DNA of 62,459 bases, counting the filler, from Stramenopiles sp. TOSAG23-2 (taxonomy: Eukaryota): NCBI GenBank assembly GCA_900128395.1. It is 20 parts of 20 records of this genome, joined end to end, with 100 filler letters (N's around TTAATTAATTAA, not from the genome) between each part and the next. Parts side by side here need not be neighbours in the genome. Positions count along the whole stretch, not along the records: positions 55,033 to 58,145 come from LT651365.1; positions 58,246 to 61,357 come from LT651366.1; positions 61,458 to 62,459 come from LT654090.1; 17 more parts are not named here. One strand, given 5' to 3'. A program made the translations under genes and the position numbers. Shown here piece after piece: positions 55,292 to 62,459 of this stretch. The notes beneath the pieces are model-generated. The model was not told the DNA's origin. It saw nothing but the letters and a program-made list of their open reading frames with translations, and did not search any database. The stretch's first letter is position 1. Each line of letters begins with the position of its first letter.

Positions 55292-58135
55292 TTACATGAT
55301 GGTCTTTACATCCATTGGTTGCATTGTTAATTTAGGAGGGGCTAATGCACCTTTTGCTGCTTTAGCTGGTGCCTTCCATTTTTCTTTCTCATCATCATTT
55401 TCCTCTTCTCCTTTATTCTTCAATTTTTTATCCAATATAATACCTTCTCCACCGCTTGCGCCACTTGCGCCATCTTTCTTTTCTTCATCTTTTTTCTTTT
55501 CGTCTTTCTTTTCATCGTCATCTTTCTTTTTATCGTCACCTTTCTTTTTATCGTCATCTTTCTTTTTATCATCATCACCACCATCTTTCTTTTCATCTTT
55601 GTCATCTTTTTTCTTTTCGTCTTTTTTATCTTTTTTGTCCTCTTCTTTCTTCTCGTCTTCCTTCTTGTCCCCTTCGCTACCACTAGCACCACTGGAATCA
55701 CTTTCTGGTCCACTAACACCTAATATTTTTTCTAACTCGCTAACTTTCTCATGCATTTTCATCAATTTGCTTTTAGCTGGGCCGGATGCTCCAGAACTAC
55801 CGGAACTACCACTTTCTTCGCTACCCGATGCACCACTTTCTGCACCACTTTCACTACCAGATGCGCCACTTTCACTACCAGAGGCACCACTACTACTACT
55901 ATCATCAGGACCTGATGCGCCACTTTCACTACCAGATGCACCACTGGAATCACCTGGCAATCCAGTCAATTTCAACAATGATTTTGCAATCTCGCGCAAT
56001 GCTTTTGCATCTTCACTTTCATCTTTACCATCTTTTTCAAGTCCAGTAGTAGAATCAGCGGTTGCTAACTTACGAGCGATTTCCATCAATGCTTTGCTAT
56101 CTTTTTTATCGACTTTGCCGATTTGTTTTGCTATTTTTTCGATAGCTTTTGAATCTTCAAATGGCTGTTCATCACCTGGTGTTTGTGGTTCTGCACTTCC
56201 GCTAGCGCCACTAGCACCACTGCCACCTTTTGGTGTTCCCATGCCATCCATTCTAGATGCAATTAAACGTAAGATGGTACCGTCGGTGATACCATTGATT
56301 GGTGCGCCGCCACTAGCGCCAGATGCACCAGAGCTTCCACTACCATCTTCCTCTGGTCCGGATGCACCAGATTCTGATCCACTAGCACCACTAGAACCAC
56401 TTTTACCGTACAATTCTTCTTCTAATGCTTTTAATTTCTTATCGACTGGGGTTTCACTTCCTGATGCGCCACTTTTACCGGCACTACCAGATGCGCCACT
56501 TTTACCGGCACTACCAGATGCTCCACTTTTACCTGCTGCGCCAGGGCCAGATGGACTAGCTCCACCAGATGCACCAGCAGCAGCTTCTTTTTCTGCATTT
56601 GCATCTTTATCTGCTTTCATTTTCCCATGTTCTTTCTCCATTTTTTTAACCGCACTCCACACTTTGCCTGGAGAGTCCGCATCGCCTTTTTTATTGAAAA
56701 CTGTTGTTACGGTAGAAGTTGCACCATCGGAAACAAATGTACGGGTCAAAGATTTCATTGCTGGGCCGGAAGCACCAGATTCAGCACCAGATGCACCACT
56801 TGCATCCGCATCTTCATCTTCCTCAGCACCGCCACTTGCACCGGATGGAGCAGTAGCATTTTTCTTTGGTCCACCTAACATTTCTCTTGCCATTTTAGCA
56901 ATACCTGCCATGCGTTTCTTTAACACTTCGAATGGTGTCAGCTCGGTGCTATTACCAGCATCGCTTGGACCACTTGGGCCACTGGAAGCAGCAACTGCTT
57001 CAGCTGGACCACTAGCGCTAGCGCTACCACTTGCATCGCCTTCAGCACCACTTCCATCACTGCTGCTTGGTGCAACACCTAACGCAACGTCTAAATCATC
57101 ACGTGCCTCGTTTGCTTTTTCTAATTTTTCTCCAACGGCAGTTCCCAATTTATCTAATTCTGGGGTTGCCCAATTTGGTTGTTCTTTCTCGTCCTCTTCT
57201 GGTGGTGTTTTATTTGGATCTTTTTCAACAAACGGTTTTCTGCCTGCTTCTGCTAATTGAGCATTTAATTTCTCCAACAATACACCTTTACGTCCTTTTA
57301 AAGCTTTAATATATTTTTTCAAATGAATACCTGCTTCAGCGGCAAGACCAGTTGTTCGTAATTTTAATTGAACATGTTTATCTTCACCTTTCGTAACTGC
57401 ATCTTTTGCCAATGCACTAACGTGTGCACCAATGGCTAACATAGCTTTCAGCTGTGCTTTGGAAAGTTTCAATTTTGCTTTTGCTAAATCATATGCTTTA
57501 CGTGCAACTTTAATACGTTCATCACGAATACCTTGTAGTTCATCCACAGCAGCTTGATATACTAAACATGCTTTCTTTTGTGTAACAGTTGCTTTGTCTT
57601 TGACTTTTCTCAATGCTTTTACTTTTGGGCGCATACTCAACGTTTTTTTCGTATCTTCTAATGCAGTTTCCAAATTACCAAGGACCATATCACCAGCTGC
57701 TTCTTTTTGATCAGTATGTGCATCTGATATACTCATATGCGCAGTTTTTAATTTAGCTAATAAATCTTGACGTTCATCATCCCACGCTTCCGTAGCATTT
57801 TGTAAAAACTCATTTGCATGGTCACAAGCAATTTTAGTAATTTCCATTTTAGCTTTTGCACCTGCTAATTCAGGATCTTCTGGTTCAGCAAATGGTACAA
57901 CCGTATCATTCACAGGGCCAGTCGCTGCACCAGTCGCTGCGCCAGTTGCAGCTGCACCAGTTGCACCAGTTGCTTTCTTCTTCTTCTTTTTTGGTGCTTT
58001 CTTTGCAGCAGCTGGACCAGACGAAGCTTTTTCAGGTTCATCTACATCTTCCGCTTCATCTGTTTCTACAAAGGCAAATTGATACGCTGGTTGTGCTTTT
58101 ACACCTAATGCCGTGTTTTTCTCTTTGTCTGGCAT
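55292..58135 (-). CDS. Low-complexity Ser-Gly-Ala repeat / coiled-coil protein (probably 5' incomplete)
   Basis: 947-aa ORF: Ala/Lys coiled coil, many SGASG/SGP units, Lys/Asp-rich tail. It starts 10 nt from the contig edge. Confidence 0.75.
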   Translation of the reverse strand: MPDKEKNTALGVKAQPAYQFAFVETDEAEDVDEPEKASSGPAAAKKAPKKKKKKATGATGAAATGAATGAATGPVNDTVVPFAEPEDPELAGAKAKMEITKIACDHANEFLQNATEAWDDERQDLLAKLKTAHMSISDAHTDQKEAAGDMVLGNLETALEDTKKTLSMRPKVKALRKVKDKATVTQKKACLVYQAAVDELQGIRDERIKVARKAYDLAKAKLKLSKAQLKAMLAIGAHVSALAKDAVTKGEDKHVQLKLRTTGLAAEAGIHLKKYIKALKGRKGVLLEKLNAQLAEAGRKPFVEKDPNKTPPEEDEKEQPNWATPELDKLGTAVGEKLEKANEARDDLDVALGVAPSSSDGSGAEGDASGSASASGPAEAVAASSGPSGPSDAGNSTELTPFEVLKKRMAGIAKMAREMLGGPKKNATAPSGASGGAEEDEDADASGASGAESGASGPAMKSLTRTFVSDGATSTVTTVFNKKGDADSPGKVWSAVKKMEKEHGKMKADKDANAEKEAAAGASGGASPSGPGAAGKSGASGSAGKSGASGSAGKSGASGSETPVDKKLKALEEELYGKSGSSGASGSESGASGPEEDGSGSSGASGASGGAPINGITDGTILRLIASRMDGMGTPKGGSGASGASGSAEPQTPGDEQPFEDSKAIEKIAKQIGKVDKKDSKALMEIARKLATADSTTGLEKDGKDESEDAKALREIAKSLLKLTGLPGDSSGASGSESGASGPDDSSSSGASGSESGASGSESGAESGASGSEESGSSGSSGASGPAKSKLMKMHEKVSELEKILGVSGPESDSSGASGSEGDKKEDEKKEEDKKDKKDEKKKDDKDEKKDGGDDDKKKDDDKKKGDDKKKDDDEKKDEKKKDEEKKDGASGASGGEGIILDKKLKNKGEEENDDEKEKWKAPAKAAKGALAPPKLTMQPMDVKTIM

Positions 58136-58765
58136 CGCACTCTACNNNNNNNNNNNNNNNNNNNNNNNNNNNNNNNNNNNNNNNNNNNNTTAATTAATTA
58201 ANNNNNNNNNNNNNNNNNNNNNNNNNNNNNNNNNNNNNNNNNNNNTCGCTTGCGCTCAGAATTCCTGATTTTGGGCTGTAGCAGGCCCAGGCAGGCGAAG
58301 ATGAGGGGATCGAGTAATCCATGTTCCATGTTCCATTCAACATTTTTAACTAATTCTCTGTGCTATATGGCACTACGAAGGAACAAATATCATTTTCCAT
58401 ACTATTTATATAGTATATCACAGATCAAAAATGTTCTTCGTCGTTGTTTCGATTTATTCTATTTCCTTTTTGGAAAAAAAAAGGCTTTTTCTTAATTGAG
58501 ATTAACATATACACAGCATTATATAGAGAAGGTTAATCGCATCGTCATTTTTATTACCACAAACTACCCTTATACACACAGAGTATTATTATATAGTAGA
58601 TTGAAGAACACATATATTTTATAACCATATACATATATACAATACATATACGAGGAGTAATAATAATCATAATAAACAAATATATACAGAAAACATTTAA
58701 TTAACATTTATAAATATATACACGTGTATCAACTCCATATACATACACAAATATTACCAATCTAA

Positions 58766-61112
58766 ATGTCGACATTTACAACAAATAAAAACATGATACA
58801 TGACGATCTATGTATTGCTACACGCATACATTCAATGCCGAAAAATACAACTTCATTTAAAAATGATTTAAAAACTTTTATTGAAAACGGTATTACATAT
58901 TCAAACGCAATTTTAATTGCAGTAAAGGCAAATATTGCTGATTTCAGGGATAATCACAATGAAAATAATCTATACAAGGTATCAATGTCTGTAGTTGCTA
59001 ATCTTTCGAGGGATATCGAAACAAAAATTACCATCTTACCAATTTTAGACTGGGGTGTGTTTACGACGGCATTAAATACACTATTATTACGAGCGGGTAA
59101 AATGAAAGGTATGAAATATATTTTATACAAATCATTCGAAGTTCGTATAAGTCAAGAGGATGTGAACATTTTGAGGAATGAATTAAAATTTGGTGATACG
59201 TTAGTTGCTGGAGGAAGGTTAGAATGTCATGATTTCAAATCTATATGCAATCAACATCAAGATACTCTAAGAAGTAGAAGAAGTAATTATATTACAAATA
59301 TCAATGGTCGAACCGTTCCATGGAATACGTAAGTATATACATCATATATATCTTATTGTTATTTTTATAGCATATTTGCAATATGAAACAAACCGGATAC
59401 TCACAATAATACACTTATAAAATAATCAAAAATCAATATACTAACATATTATATATTTACAATTCATGATTCGTCGACACGACATGTTGTATCAAAAAAT
59501 ATATGATTTTTTATTTAGATGTGCAATGTGGAACATACGATTGTTATCGAAAACAGGATTTCAAATGATCAGTGATGGTCTTATATCAGGGCATGGTGTG
59601 GAAGAAGTGGTTACAATATCGGTGTTGCAACAATTGCACGAAGACAATGAAGCAAAAGCTAAATTATTAGAATTACAATCAATTGTATGGAAAACGAAAT
59701 TTGAAAATAACATTGGTCGCCAAATTGCACATCGGAAGAAAATGATTTCAAAATTGAACCGCGCAGAAAGCCAAATGAAGCATTTTTCAAATTTAAATCC
59801 TGGAACGGTGGAACATGTACAATATCAGAAAAAGGCACGATATGACAATGTTCAAATCGGATTTAAATGGGGGGAAGATTCATCCTCATTGTGCGAAGAG
59901 AAGAAAATGGAAGTAGAAAATACCACTATGCGAAATGCAATGGCTCATTTAGAGGAAATACCTCGTGTTATTAAAGCAACTATTCCAAAAAACGATTCGT
60001 TTGATTCGATACGTCAAATTGATGAATATGTTGAAGTGGGAACATCCGAAAGTGAAGGCGAAGAAGAGAAAAAAGAAACTAAGCAACAACACTTATCGTA
60101 TCCATCCAAAGCAATACTCAACATGACATCTTGTGTAGGAAACGGAAAGACCATTTTATTGACCGGGGGTGCTGGTTTCATCGGTTCCCATACATGCGCT
60201 GAATTGTTAAAACGTGGTGACAATGTCGTTGTTGTTGATGAGGTGAATGATTATTACGATGTGTCCCGTAAAAAAAATAATCTGGAATGGCTAAAAAAAA
60301 TAAGTTTAAAATCAAAAGGATATTTCGAATTTATCAAAGCAGATATATGCGACAATGTAGCCATGGAGACGGCATTTGAACGGTATCAACCCACTCATAT
60401 AATACATTTAGCTGCAAGAGCAGGTGTACGCGCATCTATAAACGATCCGTTGACATATGTACATAGCAACGTGCGCGGCACAACGACATTATTGGAATTA
60501 GCGAAGAAATACAAATGCAAGCATTTTGTATATGCATCTAGCTCAAGTGTCTATGGTGGGAGTGAAAATGAAGTATTTCGTGAAAGTGATGTAGTCAATG
60601 CTCCTGTATCCCCATACGCAGCTACGAAAAAAGCATGTGAATTGCTTGCCAGCACATATACGCATTTGTACCAATTGCCAACTGCCGGTTTGCGTTTTTT
60701 TACCGTCTACGGTCCACGTGGTAGGCCAGACATGGCACCTTATAAATTTTTACATCGTATATTCAATGATATAACAATAGATCAATATGGCGATGGGACA
60801 AGCGAGCGTGATTACACATATGTTGGCGATATTGTTGATGGTGTAATACGTGCATGCGATAGGCCGCTTGGATGCCAGGTATATAATTTAGGAAATGGGC
60901 GCCCAATATCGTTGAAACGGTTCATACAAATTGCAAGTACTTGTGCTGGTAAAAATGTGAAAATTAACGTATTGCCAATGCAGCCTGGAGATGTACCACG
61001 CACTTGTGCTGATATTTCAAAAGCGTCAAAATTATTAGGATATCGACCTAATGTTAAATTTGAAGATGGGATGAAGATTACTGCAAAATGGTACAGAAAC
61101 ACATTTATGTAA
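58766..61112 (+). CDS. Unknown N-terminal domain fused to a UDP-glucuronate 4-epimerase-like SDR; exons 58766-59328 and 59519-61112
   Basis: GTAAGT donor at 59329, CTAAC at 59442, first downstream AG at 59517-8; splicing gives in-frame VPWNTCAMWN (718 aa). C-terminal half has TGGAGFIGSH, HLAARAGVR, ASSSSVYG, YAATK, RFFTVYGPRGRPDMA. Confidence 0.82.
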
Positions 61113-61457
61113 TTAATTTTGAGTGGATGTATTTAATAATTATTTAAAAATTGAAAAAATATTTTTTAAATATAAAATATAATATATATATCGTTAAAGG
61201 GCTACGACAACCAGTCAAAAAGGAACAAAAACAACCACAACGACCATTTACCGCTGTTGATTCCTCAGGATCTATCATACACAAAACATAAATAATTCTT
61301 TCACACTCTTTCATTTTATGCAATTCTGTTTAGGTAATAGTATTAATTATTTCTGGTNNNNNNNNNNNNNNNNNNNNNNNNNNNNNNNNNNNNNNNNNNN
61401 NTTAATTAATTAANNNNNNNNNNNNNNNNNNNNNNNNNNNNNNNNNNNNNNNNNNNN

Positions 61458-62459
61458 TATGAAACCCACAAAAAGTTCCAATTTTAAAGCTGCTGTTGAA
61501 TCGTGTGTTTATAAATGCTATAGAAGGTTTAAAGGTTTCGTCTGTTGCATGTTTATACGTCATTATGTGATGACCTCTGATACCTATATTCTCAGCAATA
61601 TAGGATTCGCGGATACTAACAATTGCACGGTACTCCAAATATAACCCCCCTCCCCCGCGGGCCGCGGAGTTTTGTTCTTCCTGTTTATTACCTGTCACAA
61701 TTCCACGAGTCATTGCAAGCGAAGCGCCTCTGAGGTAGAGACCTCCTCCATAACTTTCTGCTACATTGCTTTCGAAGCGTACGTCCGTCATTTCAGAGGT
61801 TGTACCTGAGTAGAGGGCAATGCCACCACCATATACTGTACAAATTGAATTGGTAATATTTGTTTTTTGAAGAATTACAGTAGCACTGCCCGAATACGCC
61901 ATAATACTGCCACCGTATTTGGCTCTGTTGCCAGTAAACAAACAATTCCAAGCAACAAGCTTACTGTTATCTCCAGTCACAAACACAGAACCTCCCATGC
62001 AACCAGAATAATCAGGTTCAAACTCTTCACCACTAGTTCCCCGCCGCTCTCGACTTTAAACAAACGGTTCGACCCTCCACCGATGATTTTTGGCAAATTT
62101 CCTTCAGCGTCTGGGATGCCTGTGACGTTTAACTTGCCCGTGACGACGATTTGGAAGTAGAGAATGCAGTCGCTGGTGATGGTGGCGCTGCCGCTGGTAG
62201 GGATGGGGCATTGGGGTTTACATTCGACGCCTTCCTTGGGGTTGGGTTTGTCAACGCATCCATAGTACGGGGCGTACCCGTTGTCAGCGCACTGGTTCGG
62301 GGCGGCGGTGCAGCTTTTTGGTGTTGCATATCCACTAACAGTTTTTGTGTTTACAAGATTAAACACAGCATTAATGAGAAAAACGGCAATAGATGGTTCT
62401 GTACCCCAACTCATAACAACGTCACCATCAGTGGAGGCTTTGTTATCAATAAATTTGCT
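61458..62459 (-). pseudogene. Pectin-lyase-like / polymorphic-membrane-protein beta-helix repeat protein, partial and frameshifted
   Basis: FxxNxA..GG(G/S) repeats (FTGNRAKYGGSI, FESNVAESYGGGL), a Cys-rich linker and RLFKVESGGELVVKSLNL. Frame change near 61990-62010; open at both ends. Confidence 0.65.

Noticed and set aside
55296-57260. 654-aa antisense ORF on the + strand
   Set aside because: It mirrors the repetitive minus-strand gene; the Pro/Leu/Ser/Phe composition is simply the reverse complement of Gly/Ser/Glu/Lys codons.
19877-61112. Galacturonan pathway 'cluster' (GH28 + UDP-GlcA epimerase) and ciliary 'cluster' (ZMYND12, NEK, DNAAF4)
   Set aside because: The genes lie on different contigs placed together only by size sorting, so no linkage can be inferred.
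3152-61457. Regularly spaced TTAATTAATTAA 'repeat' about every 3.2 kb
   Set aside because: It is always embedded in 44+44 N and the contig lengths decline monotonically, so it is a concatenation spacer, not an array or element.

Overview
This window is not contiguous DNA. It is a concatenation of 20 short contigs (the 18 complete ones fall steadily from 3148 to 3112 bp, i.e. size-sorted), joined by an artificial 100-bp spacer (44 N + TTAATTAATTAA + 44 N), so gene neighbourhood means nothing across spacers. The DNA is AT-rich, intron-poor and eukaryotic: it has GT-AG introns, Asn-rich low-complexity inserts and the standard genetic code. The motile-cilium genes DNAAF4 and ZMYND12 point to a flagellated protist; a stramenopile single-cell or metagenome assembly is my inference. 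Recognisable genes: Kv-type and two-pore K+ channels, ZMYND12, a NEK/NIMA kinase, an SLC33A1-like transporter, a TLC protein, a GH28 enzyme, DNAAF4, ZNF511, MCCC2, a GST, two methyltransferases, a 2H phosphoesterase and a UDP-glucuronate 4-epimerase fusion. Many exact tandem duplications of about 70-190 bp look like assembly artefacts and split several ORFs. The most notable items are: (1) a 988-aa signal-peptide protein fusing an Osm1/Fcc3-type fumarate reductase, cytochrome b5 and an Erv/ALR sulfhydryl oxidase with a CxxC tail, a candidate single-chain oxygen-independent disulfide-forming system; (2) an orphan protein with a DpnI-like (Zn + PD-(D/E)xK) nuclease motif pattern, next to a pair of flip/flop hairpins; (3) a K2P channel with EF-hands between its two pore domains; (4) a GH28 lacking one catalytic Asp. 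All family calls come from motif recognition by eye; no searches were run.
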